NCBI RefSeq assembly: GCF_964204645.1 | Contig: NC_134030.1 | Location: forward strand, 21,598,210-21,662,209 | Length of the DNA: 64,000 bases | From: Tubulanus polymorphus | Lineage: Eukaryota; Animalia; Nemertea | Direction of reading: 5' to 3' | Shown here: in pieces, positions 1 to 13,051 of the stretch | Numbering within the stretch: the stretch's first letter is position 1 | Layout: each line of letters begins with the position of its first letter | Notes under the pieces: model-generated | The model's input: the letters and a program-made list of their open reading frames with translations, nothing else | Told to the model about the DNA's origin: nothing | The model's database searches: none | Made by a program: the position numbers and the translations under genes

Positions 1-479
1 ATTTTTTTGTGCATCCTTCAATTCCAAAACTAGAAAAAAAAATTTTTCATTTCCTTAAAAAGAATCCGTGCTCCAAGCGATTAAAAAAGGCCGTTACCGT
101 CACCTCTTTAAACCCACGTCTATCTTTCCATCCAATTCACCTAAATCGACCCCAATTGCCGAGCTCTATAGAGCCGGTACAACAACACGTAGATATATAA
201 AATCGCGGATATTTTTCGATAAGTATCGATTAAAAATAATCGTCTGCGTTTGCGATACTGAAATAAATAACAGAAGGCGAAACTAGAATTCGTTAAAGAT
301 AGATCGAAAATTCGAGAATTTCGATCATCGCCACATTTTACGCGATATTCAGAGACTCAGCAATTTAACGGTCTATTCCTTTTAGAAGTGTATCGAATTT
401 ATTTCGATCTCTTGGCCTCCTCTGATTCAGCCCCCCGCTACGTTTAAAAGCTTTTTAGTCGTTTTCACTAATGCGGGTA

Positions 480-583
<104 letters not shown>

Positions 584-3091
584 CGCAAAATCGATCAAAC
601 TATGATCAAACTATCATCGGTGTTTGCGCTGATTTTGCGGACGGTTTTTGCCACAGAAAAAGACCGACGATTTTTGTTGCTCGAGTTGATTTTCGAATTG
701 ACGCATTTTCGGGATATACGCGCGCATGCGCAGATGCGATACATCGTGGGATTTGCCACAAATACGAACGTAGAGACTTACTGTGGCAGTCGAGACTTTG
801 AATTTTGAAGCGGGAATAGTTCCTGTATTTTTTTTTTGGATAATTCGCAAAGCGTTGGCTACAAACATTAACAGCAGATGGTAATTTGAGTCAAGCGGCG
901 GTCCATATCAGCCGAATGTAAAGTTGAAATTTGACTGAAGAGTCGAGAAGAAAACACAATATCTGTGGAATAACGCGAGAAATCCCACAATAAAAACAGC
1001 CAAAACGAGAAACTTGAATAGAAGAGTAGTATATATTTGTTATTCAGTACAAAGAGTATAAAGGAGTAAATATTTGCGCAAGGCGTTTCGGCTAAAGACT
1101 ATATAAGCCTTCATCGGGCGTACTGATGGTTGAGATACTGGACCCGGTTCCACAGTTGTGAGTTAGAGTTGAGTTAGAATTAGTTCTTTTTCAATTAGTT
1201 AACTCTGGGTTAATTCTTAACTCAGAACTGTGGAACTGGGTCCTGAACTGTTGCGGCCAACTAGACCGTGTTCGGGGCCCTCGGGGTTTTTTTTGTACGT
1301 TACTTGTGGTAATCAGCTACTATATACGGTTGTCTTTTTGCCTTGCGCGAGGAACACGTTTTTACACTACTTACAACTTCGATATGAGCCCGGACCCTGT
1401 GGTAAGGAATGATGGCCACTTGAGACACTTTTAGCCCGGTTTTCAAGTTTAAGAACGATTGGTTGTTAAGAGACAAATATATCTAGCTGTTCATTTTAAC
1501 CGAACATGAAGTTGAAATAATGACAGAAATACCGAGCATTTTAACGAATTGAAAAGATCTGGAAATTATATTTCTGAAAGTTGATTTTTCGGATATATAC
1601 GCCATTTTAAGCCGCGATCAAGCACACGGGCATCTTTGGCCCGAACAAAGAAGTCGGCCCAAGCCCGACCAAAATTTGCACGATCAAATAAATCCTTGCG
1701 TGCGAATTGCAACTGGTACCGGAAGTGACTCACTTAGCTTTGTTTAGTATTGAGTGAGTGGTTTGCGCCGGAACGCGCTCTCTAAATATATTAAGCACGG
1801 GCCAAATTTGGCTCGAGCCTGATCGGTGCCAAATGTGGCCCGGGCCAAATCGTCTCCCCGTAGTGGCGGTTTTAGTGGATTTTGGAATACCCGGAAAGTA
1901 CAAACAAGCATATATAGTTGTTTCAGTTATTATGAGAATCTTTTGCTCAGTGTATTCGCCGTTTTTCAAGTCGAATATTCTTTCTTGCGGGTATACGGTC
2001 AAAAAATAGATGATAAAAGCATCTTAAAACATGGCTTACGTCATTTACAACGTACTATTTGCAATATTCATACTATATATAATTGGAGGGATCTGTAAAC
2101 ATCCAGGCCTATTTTGGTAAATTCAGCGAGTTTTGAAGTTGGTGTTTGAAATACTGATTACACGACATGGACACCTGGTGCACAAGCGGTATCCTCTATT
2201 GCCACAGTCGCTGCACATGTGTATATATTCCATTGAAGAACTGGACATATTTTTAAAAAATCCATTAATTTGGAGCCTTGTGATGGATTCTAAAAGATAA
2301 ACAAATATGAGCTGTAAAACTAAATTGAAAGTTTATTGGACGCCTCGCAAAATAACACATATATTTTGCTTAATATTATCGACAATAAATGGTGAAACGT
2401 CGAGGATCAATTTAAGTTAAGTTTGATTTGAATATACCGATAATTGAATTGAATTGAATTGAATTTACCGGCAACGGGTAGCACGATATATTGATGACGT
2501 TGTGTACATGCCCTCAAAAATAATCATCTAAAACAATCAAATATAGAATAAGAGTTTTGAAATATATTCAATTACCAAATAAACGCAAAAATTGAGTGCA
2601 CATCATCGACTACCTTGAATAAGGCTGAGTTATCAATGTATAAACATTATTGTAACGGCTTTTTCGGCGTCAAAAATCGATATCGATTGGTATGATCGGT
2701 CGCTACATATCGCTTTAGTGCTAACTATTCGAAGTATGAAAATTATCAGGCGATTGGTGTATCGATTTTTTTCAGTACACAATAAACCCATCCGTAAAAG
2801 AAATCACCGATTCACCGCACACAACAGCGCCACCTTCATTAGCGGAAAAATACCCCGTTTCCGATCTATAACTATGTGACGACACAAAGAACTCGGAAAT
2901 CAAATATCCAAATCGAACTGGTAATTTTCTACATGACAGGTCTCTCGAGGTCATGACAAACCGACCGGAAACCACCATCATTTCTGTACTTGTCACGTGA
3001 TACGTTTCGTAGCTAATGACCTCAGAAATTACTTGAATCGACGCCGATCTGAATTCAGACTCGTGGATCGGGTTAATCACAGACATGACTT

Positions 3092-3300
3092 TTAAGACCA
3101 GTCTTAAGAACATCGATTAGTTGTATAGTTCTAAGAACGAACTTAAGACCAATCTAAAAACTAAAGGGACCAGTCTAAGCCTATTTTCTAACCAATATAA
3201 CAAATTAAGACCAGTCTAAGCTCATTTTGGTTCTATAACCAATCTAACAACTTAAGAACAGTTCAAGCCCATTTCAACCAATATAACAAATTCTCATTTT
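3092..3300. repeat. Dispersed 'ttaagaccagtctaag' repeat family (internal motif of the Harbinger-like MITE family)
   Basis: Same motif recurs at about 7375-7500, 15560-16020, 51171-51405, 57134-57700 and 60300-60420. Confidence 0.8.
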
Positions 3301-3778
3301 GGTCCTTTAGTGACATTTTATAAAACTACAGCTTGACTAGATCAGCGTTCACAACTCTGGCACTGTGTCAGTAATGTCAAGGTCTCCTAACGTCACCTGC
3401 CGCAGCAGCAGCGAGCACTTCAGTAAGATTTATGAGCCCCATCAACACATAGGAAAACTCGCAAAAGTATTGACGCTTTGTTTTGAAATATCGCTGATTT
3501 ATTTCTACGAAGTCCCGCATCTGAACGGTTTCGACACGAAGTAAGGATTACAAAGCTATTTATCACAATATGACAGATCTGGGACTCAAACACTTCAGAA
3601 ATAAATTGGAAAAATGATTATAGACTACGTCATCACATAGTTGTCTCACTCACTGGGGGTGTCACCTAGAAAAATTAATTGCGTCGCAATTTGTTTTTGA
3701 TAGATATTGATCTGTCATCTGTTTGATGCTTGTAGCTGGAAGAATAGTCTTGTAGGTTTATAAACTAACTCTGAAAAT

Positions 3779-4560
3779 CCAGTTCCACTGTTTTATGGAT
3801 TTGATGACTTATAGATCTAGTTCCACAGTTGTGTGGGTTTAAATTGACTCTGAATCCAGTTCCACAGTTGTGTGGGTTTAAATTGATTCTGAATCCAGTT
3901 CCACAGTTGTATGGGTTTAAATTGACTGTGGATCCAGTTCCACAGTTGTGTGGGTTCAAATTGATTCTGAATCTAGTTCAACAGTTGTATGGTTTAAATT
4001 GACTGTGGATTCAGTTCCACAGTTGTGTGGGTTCAAATTGATTCTGAATCCAGTTCCACAGTTGTATGGTTTAAATTGACTGTGGACCCAGTTCCACAGT
4101 TGTGTGTGTTTAATTCGACTCTAAATCCAGTTCCTCAGTTCTGTGGGTTTAAATTGACTGTGGATCCAGTTCCACAGTTGTGTGGGTTCAAATTGATTCT
4201 GAATCCAGTTCCACAGTTTTACGGGTTTAAAATGACTGTGGATTCAGTTCCACAGTTGTGTGTGTGTTTAATTGGACTCTAAATCTAGTTCCACAGTTGT
4301 GTGGATTTAATTTAACTCTGAATCCAGTTCCACAGTTGTGTGGGTTTTGATTTAACTCTGAATCTAGTTCCACAGTTGTGTGGATTTAATTTAACTCTGA
4401 ATCCAGTTCCTGTGTTGTATAGGTTTAATTTGACTGTGGACTCAGTTCCACAACTGGGCGGGATTAATTTGACTCCAATAATTCCACAGTTGTGTATAGT
4501 TTCAATTTGACTCTGGATCCAGTTTCACGAATTTGTGGGTTGAATGTGACCGTGGATCCG
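3779..4560. repeat. ~39-bp 'ccagttccacagttg' minisatellite
   Basis: Tandem degenerate copies; the same core occurs at 1140-1250, 14617-14680, 40281-41137, 58570-59040 and 59450-59930. Confidence 0.92.
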
Positions 4561-5461
4561 TCCCACATTCAAACCTAGGCAAGCTCTAGTCCAATACCTG
4601 GATCCGTTTCAGAGTTGCCCACAAGATGTCTTGTGTCGATTAAGCCGTACAGTCACGTTCATGCTTTTACCTTTCAATATCGATATCTTATAGCGCGGCA
4701 AATAAGAATCCGTTGCATTATTCATGATACTTTGAACGCACGAACCTGATATTCAAATTCACCCATTTATGAAGGACACACCGTCAATTATGTCGACACA
4801 TTTTTAACGCCGCGACAAACAGTTTGTCCTAGTTAGTGAACTTGCGTTATCAAAAAGAAACGTTTTTCACGGCCGAGGCGGTAATAGCGTTTATCGTATA
4901 TACCCCGACAGCCAGAGCTCTTAGTCATTTTCACTTGACTGGGTCCGGTTTTATTGAGACTGGTAGCAACAAAAACCCGGGGCTAACTCATTTTTTTTTC
5001 AATGGAGTTAACCCCCGGATTCGAAGATAATACCACTCTAAAACTCCTGGGGTCCTGATGAGTCTGTTCTAGTGGACCCTTTAAACAATTCAAGGACCAG
5101 TAAAATATCGCCTTAAAATTCATAAAATTCGACATATTTTTGACGAAGAAAATTCTCAGAATTTCAAAATTTTCGTCTCCTGAAAGTTCAGCCGATTCTT
5201 TCTCCAAAATCATGCGCATTTTAGTCCGGAACAATATAAGAATAACTTGATTTCGCAAAAAAAACCGTTTTTTTTCAAGCAGAAATTTCCGATAAAATGC
5301 CGTAATTTGTTTTCCAAAAATCTACAAAATAATTTCTTACACAGTGACATCGTATCGCTGCGGGCCGCCAGTTCCAGTATTCCTCCGTATTCGTCCGTCG
5401 CGCGCCGCATTATTCCGAACTGGTCCGCCGGCGGAATCCGCGTCAGCGATACAGAACGAGG

Positions 5462-5499
5462 CTCTCTCTCATGCTCCACGCTCTACGCGATAATTACAG
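5462..5499 (+). promoter_or_regulatory. RPS19: RPS19 non-coding first exon starting in a 5' TOP-like pyrimidine tract
   Basis: CTCTCTCTC at 5462-5470; donor CAG|GTGAGT at 5499/5500; acceptor TTCAG at 6426-6430, 12 nt before the ATG. Confidence 0.75.
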
Positions 5500-5886
5500 G
5501 TGAGTTTCTGCCTCGTTAAAAACGCCGTTAATTACCGAATACGTTAATTAATTCCGTCCATTCGATAACCGCTTTAAAGCTGACGTCTGCCCGCATCTCG
5601 GGGAGGTTTAAACCCGAGGTTTTAACGGTTCTGATTGGTATTTTTGACCGGTTTAAACCGGTGGTATTTTCGCTTTGACTCCCGACAGGCCGGAACCGAA
5701 GGAAGTGGTATCAATTTAATTTTATTGTTTTTCGGGTTATTCCATGGTTTGCTCTGTCGAATATATTTACATAGTCTATTAGTAGACTAGAGAAGGCTAG
5801 ATTTGTGTAGTTTTAGTTAGTAGTAACTGGTGGGCCAAGTGTCTGAAGTGTTAACTGAAGATGCAAGGTTTAGTCAGTAACTAAAG

Positions 5887-5999
5887 TAAGTCAGTATCCG
5901 GACTATGGTTTGGTTAAGTCAGTATCCGGACTATGGTTTGGTTAAGTCAGTATCCGGACTATGGTTTGGTTAAGTCAGTATCCGGACTATGGTTTGGTT
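5887..5999. repeat. 28-bp tandem repeat x4
   Basis: taagtcagtatccggactatggtttggt repeated four times in the RPS19 intron. Confidence 0.95.
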
Positions 6000-6442
6000 T
6001 AGCCACCGAACTGCTATTTGGTTTACTCAAGTATTGGATCATTAGAAGTTAGAATATTCCATTTTCCTTCGATTTGAGATTCTAGTATTAAATCACGAAA
6101 AACAACAAACAGGAAGGAATTCAAACCTTCTAATGATGAAATGTTGTATCCTGTCATCTAGCTTGAACAAACAGGGACCGGAAAAATTGGTCCAAGGTTT
6201 AGTCAACGTGCGAGTCAATGATAGGAATGATAGTTTAGTAAATTCACAAACATGATGTCAGGCGATGTGGGATACTGTCAAAATTGAGTCCCGCTTTGTG
6301 GCTTAGTCAATAACTGGGATGGAATTCAGTCATTAGGGAGCGTCTGTTCGGGCTGAAACCTTTAACTAGATTGTTTTTATAAAATACTAGATTTTAGTTA
6401 ATTCTAAATTTTTTCTATTTCTCCCTTCAGCCTGGAATCAAG

Positions 6443-6901
6443 ATGCCTGGTGGAATCAGCGTTAAAGATGTCAACCAGTCCGAGTTCGTCAAAGCTCTGG
6501 CCGCGTTCCTGAAAAAATCCGGCAAAATGAAGGTGCCCGACTGGGTCGACCTCGTCAAGACTGGAATCCACAAAGAACTGGCGCCGTACGACGACGACTG
6601 GTGGTTCATCCGATCGGCTTCGATCGCGCGCCATCTTTACATCCGTGCCCCGGTCGGCGTCGGCGCGTTCTGTCGCATTTACGGCGGTCGCAAGAACAAC
6701 GGCGTCGCGCCGTCTCACTTCTGTCGCAGCACGCCGTCGATCTCGCGTAAGATTCTGCAGTCGTTGGAGGCGCTGAAACTCGTCGAGAAGGACACGGCGT
6801 CCGGCGGGCGTCGTCTGACCAATCAGGGCCGTCGCGATCTGGACCGCATCGCCGCGCAGATTAAACTGAGGAATAAACGACGCGCCGAAAAACGAAAGTA
6901 G
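6443..6901 (+). CDS. RPS19: 40S ribosomal protein S19 (eS19), 152 aa, single coding exon
   Basis: [41 protein letters not shown]...[17 protein letters not shown]...[16 protein letters not shown] is the eS19 signature; AATAAA at 6999-7004. Confidence 0.98.
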   Translation: MPGGISVKDVNQSEFVKALAAFLKKSGKMKVPDWVDLVKTGIHKELAPYDDDWWFIRSASIARHLYIRAPVGVGAFCRIYGGRKNNGVAPSHFCRSTPSISRKILQSLEALKLVEKDTASGGRRLTNQGRRDLDRIAAQIKLRNKRRAEKRK

Positions 6902-9435
6902 ACTTTTGTTCGTTAATGAATAATTCCCGATTCCCGAGTAAAAAAAAATGATTACTGCGTTTTCTGTTGTTGCGGGATAAATTTTGTAAATCGAAAGGAA
7001 TAAAAATCAGCGCAGTAAAATATCAATTGATATTATTTCTATTTGATTTTATTTGATCCCTAATTTTGCTGGACCGGGTTTATGAGATGGTACGCATTAC
7101 ACATGAAAAGACAAATCCCACAATTGTTGAAGGACTGGAAAAAAGTTAATTTGAAAAGCGGAAAAGTTTAATTTAGAATTTTTATTCGTAATATGTCTAG
7201 TGGTTCCTACCGCAGTGACCTCAAGACTGAAGAAAAGTATATGAAATATAATTTATTTGTCATCATTATATCATGCAAGATACAATGTATGAGTGAAACA
7301 TAGTTTTTACAGACAGGATGAGGCACTGGTAGGGACTGATCAATTTCTAGTATTTTGGATGAACTTTTGGGGCCGGCCAGTTCCATAGTCAGGGCTTAGA
7401 CTTTAGTTACAAGAAGCCAATCTACCAACTTAAGACCAGTCATAAAGTTTAAGGAGAGACCACTTTTGGTCTTAAGTCTCGGCTACGTAACTGGCCCTTA
7501 GTCTGTTAACAATTGTGGACGGATATTGATAGAAGTTTGACTGAATCTGGGTTTCATTCAGGACATATAGTTAGGTCTTCATATTTCCATCAGGTTAATC
7601 CGTTTTAGGCTTGTGGGACCTCATTAGACCCATCTTCATTTTATTTCAGAGGATTCTTATAAAGATCAGGGAATTAGATTCATGGATTTCTGACTTGTCT
7701 TCTGGTACTGTCTCTGTACCCAACTGCGGGAAAACATGAACTAACACTGAATGGTCGTAATGCGAGGGCCCCTCAAGGATTCTTGGGTTGATCAGGGAAG
7801 TGTAATGATTACACTTTCCTGGGTTGATTAAGGGGATGGACCTGAAAATTGTAACGGGCGCTTAATTTTAAAAGGGCAGGTTATGCAATGTGAGGGCTGC
7901 AGGGAATCTTTCTGTCGTAAATTGGGTGAAAAAGTGAAGAGTTTGTGTCGAGAATTCGTATTTGTCGGTTAGGTATTGGATGTTGATAATTTTTAAGATA
8001 TCGTGGAAGGAAGGGAAAGTGGATTGTTGATAAGCAAGATAGCTTTTGCTTATAAATTAGAACACCATCATCAAAAGAACCAATACGGCGGCAATGATTT
8101 TAGTTCACGGATATCCCGCTATCGTAATTCATAGGGGCAGCACTGAACGGTTGAGATCTTATATGGCCTCACTTGTCTACTGTGGCATGCGAGTAATACA
8201 AATATTTTTCTAAGTGAAATATCATAAATTATTCAACACTTTTTTATTCTAACTAAATAGTTGTATCAACGTTGAATCTTTACTTTGTGGAGAATCTGCT
8301 TTTTGAATGATTTCCAAGCTACTTATCATAGCACTATTTGCTCAGCGAATTTATTAGCATTTAGTGAGTAAAGCGGCAAACTCACATGCCACATAAAGAA
8401 TTTAAATCAAATTAAATTTTATTTCTTAAATTTTCAGAGACCATATTGATAAAATATATATATCATATAATGTTCCACTTATTCAGCCGCCTGCGCGAGC
8501 GTAGCCCCGAGACGATCGCGTGAAACAATTGTCAGATTTAGTTTCGTTTTAGTTCGAGTTTTAAAATTTTCAATCAAGAATTCTGACAAGTATCAGCAAG
8601 GGCCGACGTGGTTGAACGCGATCGGCTCTTGACGACTCGCAGGTTGTTCCGTTTTCTTAGCCATGATCGTGATCGATCGATGGAGGAAGTGATTAAATAT
8701 CAATTAATCTGACTTAGTCGTTATTAACGAGAGGTTTATCCGTTAGAGTCAGGAACCAAGCGCGCGGCCCGACCGGTTCGCCGGCCGGGAAATTGACTGA
8801 AGTAAATGCTCGATCGTTTGCGGGTATCCTGTACTTCAGACGTTTTGAGCGAGTGATACAAACTGCGCAACAAGATTCGATCGGTAGCTATATGACCAGT
8901 AACACAGAGAGGGCTTAGATTTAAGACCAATCTTACAACTCATGGGCCAATCTAATTATTCTCGGTTTTACTCACTCACTCGCTGGAACTCAAAGTCAGT
9001 CAAGATCATTTAGGTTCTACGATCAGTTTTTAAAGATAGGCTATAGTGTATGGTTTAAGCTTATAGCGACCCGATTTACCTAGCAACTTGAATATCTGCT
9101 CAGAGATGATGACGTGTTAGAGGTGATTCTCGCCCAATTGTATTTCGCCAAAAATAGCCTGACTGAGGCCAGTAGCGGGCATTGTTCACACCAAGTTTTA
9201 ACTTTAAGTTGTTTAGACAGAGCTTCAAGTCTTCATAAAAAGGGAAGATTAATTTGAAGTTTATTGAAGCCTTGAAGAATAACATATATTGCTTATTATT
9301 CGTCGACGATGAACGTTCCGCACCAATTTTTGGAACGGTATTTCTGGCATAATATGAAACTATACTTGAGTATCAAAATAATCATAAGTTCTATGCTTTG
9401 ATTAAGATTTATTTCTCTGATCACTTTTCTTGTAG

Positions 9436-11035
9436 GTGTTTTCGCGTGCGCCATTGTCAACGCTCTTCCGATATTCTGCATCACGAGCAGCGTTTACTGC
9501 ATGATCGCCATCGCCTACGAACGCTACTGCGCCACGGTGCGCGCGCTGGACGCCTCCAAACGACTGACCACGTGCCAAGCTCGCGCGACGATCGCCGTCA
9601 TATGGGTCGGAGCCGTCCTGATTTCGTCGCCGACCGTTTACGAATACCACGTCTACGACAAGTGGATCGATAACGCTTCGCACGCCACGTGCGGTAACGA
9701 AGGCCGGTCGCGCCTGTTCGTCATCGGTCACGCCTTTTTCATCCTATTCTCGACCTATATCATTCCGCTGGTAGTGATCGTATGGCTGTACGTTAATGTA
9801 ATCAGGTTCTTCTGCCGGAAGGGTAGCGAGGTTGAACCGGTATCGTCTGGCGGTTCAGTAGTCGCCGCGCAGCCGCAGACGTCGGTCGTATCGAAAAATA
9901 AAATCCGTCTGGTGAAAATGTTCATCATTGTTGCGGCGCTGTTCGCCGTCTCCTGGTTACCGTATTTCGTAACGTTCATGATAATGGTAATGATTCTAAC
10001 ACCGTCATTTTTGAAATTCGAATTTTTAGCCAACCGGGCGCGTTAGCCACTTTGATTGGTTAAAACTAATATTCAAATCAGCCGTATTTGAATATTTGGG
10101 CGGATCCGCAGGGGAATCGTTAGACTTATATGTCCATCATACTTCAATTATGCTTTTTTTCCATTTTTGTCAACAGACAAGAATTTCTATTAAAAGAACA
10201 GTCATTTTTGAACGAAACTAATACATTTTGACAGACACAAAAAAAGAATAAATTTGAAAACATTGTCTTAACGTATCTATCCTTGTACGTCAGCTGTATG
10301 ACTGAAAAACATACAACTAACAGTATTCATTATTTATGGTTGGAATTGATAAATCTTGAAAGAGATTTCGTAAATTTCAATACGATGTTAGAACTGATCT
10401 TCAAAAATAAAAGCTGAATAAAACAGAATAAATTTGTTTCTAAAAAAATTCCAAATCATTTTCTTAACGAAAAACTAGGAATAATTGATAGGACACATGG
10501 CGACCACGTTTGGCCAGTTGCTTGCTTATTCACTAAAAGATTGCCTTTTGAACGACAACGCCCCCTCCCCTTAGTAAAGTTCATCAGAATTAGCTTCTGG
10601 ATCCACCGCTTCAAGTTACCAATTATCTCTTTTTACGGTTATTACGCAAATAAGAATCGTTTGAATTAATTATTAGGATAAATATTATAGCATTTCTAAT
10701 TTCAGAAACTGAACGGTAAGGACGAAACGGCTGAATCGAACGGTTACTTGAACATGCTCAAAATATCACTGACGGTTTTCAGTACGAGTTATAACGCGGT
10801 TCTGTACGGGGTTTACTGCCCCCAGTATCGACAAGGATACCGACGGATACTGTGCTACCTCTGCCGTCATCCGCCAGGAGCAGTGTCATCGAAAGTTTCC
10901 AATCACGTCGTCAACAAACGGTCGACTATCGACTCTCAGGGTGCTGGTTTATCCAGCGTTATCGCAGGGAACCTTAACGGTGGTCACCCGCATGCGCAGG
11001 AACTTTTATACGCGGGAAATGAATCATTTATGTAG
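9436..11035 (+). CDS. Class A (rhodopsin-like) GPCR, neuropeptide-receptor-like; exons 9436-9986 (TM3-TM6) and 10706-11035 (TM7, C-tail); 5' exon(s) not located
   Basis: TM3 Cys and SVYCMIAIAYERY; TM4 IWVGAVLISSP; TM5 YIIPLVVIVWLY; TM6 LFAVSWLPY; TM7 STSYNAVLY then helix 8 and Cys; phase-0 intron 9987-10705 (GT..AG) keeps frame; AATAAA at 11545-11550. Confidence 0.88.
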
Positions 11036-11075
11036 AATCTTGGATCTTATCATTTTTTCAGACTGCGGCAATACA

Positions 11076-11342
11076 GGATTCCACTTGTGGTAAGTGAGGA
11101 TCCACAATATGTCGCTAGTGCGAGTTGGGACATCAACTACTGCGACAAAAAGAGGATTCCACTTGTGGCAAGTGAGGATCCACCAGGTGTTGCTAGTGTG
11201 CAGTAGGACATCAACTACTGCGACAAAAAGTGGATTCCACTTGTGGTAAGTGAGGATCCACCAGGTGTCGCTAGCGCGAGTTGGGACATCAACTACTGCG
11301 ACAAAAAGAGAATTCCACTTGTGGCAAGAGAGGATCCACCAA
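11076..11342. repeat. 78-bp tandem/dispersed repeat
   Basis: ggattccacttgtggcaagtgaggatccaccaggtgtcgctag unit; inverted copies at about 42777-42897 and 54680-54905. Confidence 0.88.
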
Positions 11343-12601
11343 TACTCAATTTCTTCTAGATTCCAATTAAATCAAATCGAGAGTAAATCAATTATCAATG
11401 AAACCATACCAAATACTGAGAGTGGTAAAATGATTCAATCTGGTGGGATTGCTTTCTGACCGATGAACCAAGTCAGGTTTCGTTGTGATACGAATTTCAG
11501 TTTGTTCAGTTTCACGAATTGTCAAATAATTGTAAAACGTGAAAAATAAAGTATAATTTAAATGTCGATAATGAAAGTTTTCCTTTACTTCTCTTCAACT
11601 TGAGAGTTCCTTCTAATGGGTATCAAGATGTTAAAGAGAGTGGACGTGAAGCACAAAAGGTGCGCGTGTTCTAGTACAGGGCTTTGACTATGCTCTGCTG
11701 CCATCTCTGGTAGCGGGGGTTCTAACTCTGGCATGAGTCGTTTCGGCTGCTATCTCTACACTATCCGCGAAACTACAATCCCCTATATTTTGGTTGATCC
11801 CAAATGTTAATGAGATATGAGATAGAGAGCCGATCGGTCGACGATGAGGTCAGGCACTAGCCGCTAGTCGGGCCATCGCGCGTCAACGAACGGAGAATTT
11901 GTTTTATCTCCACTATACCATAAGGTGCTGCCGCTATACTCATCGTTTGCGGATTTTTCAAACACTAACATCGTCCAACTCTGGCAATCGATCATTGGTT
12001 CAAAACGGACCGAAGCAGAAAATTGATTGCCAGTGTGCCGGTTCCGGATGATCCGGCGCTAAGGAGGTTAACAAATGTTATTTTTTTGTCAACGAAATTG
12101 ATAAAAAGTAGACACAGGTTTACCGCAATAAGAAATTGATCCCTAATGGACGAGAGGATCCCATCCGGCGGTTTCGGTTCGCAGTGCACTGGCCGTTATC
12201 AAGGGTCCGTTTCTGCGTCCGAATATATAGCGCTCCGTCTGGTGGCGCCATCTGAGCTGTCAAAAGTTACTTCCTGGTTCGGCTATTTATTTTTTCGCTG
12301 TTTTTGTGTTGTTGTTTTGTTTGTGTTTTTGACGCTGAACTTGCTGCTACTGATTTGTTTCTCACCTGCGATGATTTAACACCTGGACGTAAGTTTCAAA
12401 CTAACTTGTTCTCGGTTATTTAGAATTATTGCCCTCGAATGAGGACAGGACATGTCAAAAATTCAAAAATGAAATGTGCCGGTCACCTGATGATAAGCTG
12501 ATCCGGATGTCATGATCGGATGAGAGGTGAGGGAACGTATTCAATGCGGTAGTAGGGTGTGGGTTGTGGGGGGGATGGTATTTTGAGTGTGAGGGGTTGT
12601 T

Positions 12602-12930
12602 CACAGGGACTTGTCACAATTGATAGTGAATGAATATAACCAGTATCAATGACCAACCCCAGTTGAGTATCCCTGTATAATTAAAAAAAAAACAAGGGAG
12701 ATAGAGTGATGGTTAAAGGCTCGTTGGAAGCAGAAAGTCTTCTAGTTTGTATTAAAGCTAATTTCATGTGATTCTGTTGAGGATTTTTGGAATTACAGTC
12801 GATTGAAGTGGAAAGGTCATTTTCAGATAGACGATTAGTTGCCACCCTTGTTTTTTATTATACAGGGATAGTGGACCTGGTCATTGATACTGGTTTATTC
12901 ATTCACTATCAAATGTGACAAGTCCCTGTG
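12602..12930. mobile_element. MITE/foldback with ~95-bp imperfect terminal inverted repeats
   Basis: cacagggacttgtcaca...aacaaggg mirrored by cccttgtt...tgtgacaagtccctgtg. Confidence 0.8.
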
Positions 12931-13051
12931 GGGTTGTTTTAGGCAGGGGACAACTGGCTGCTGTTTAGTGTCCCTACTAGTGGTGTGTAGTACCTAACGC
13001 TAACCCAACCATAATTTGGATATTTGTGTTTTTCAGAAGGTTTTTTGTACA

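Noticed and set aside
2776-3540. Possible exons near 2776-2880 and 3374-3540
   Set aside because: Splice-like signals exist, but translations resemble nothing I recognise and could not be joined into a model
3765-4282. Repetitive ORFs here and at 13242-13574, 14031-14599, 40891-41287, 50463-50889, 53849-54205, 58668-59050
   Set aside because: Read-through of minisatellites with no exon signals
6404-6718. Antisense or alternative-frame ORFs over RPS19, GPCR, TMUB and MCT exons
   Set aside because: Shadow ORFs caused by GC-rich codon usage
8640-8692. SVFLAMIVIDRW, resembling a second TM3/DRY motif
   Set aside because: Short, bounded by stops, spacing off, no usable splice sites
10706-11035. 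GPCR as an opsin
   Set aside because: The position six residues before the TM7 Asn is Val, not the retinal-binding Lys
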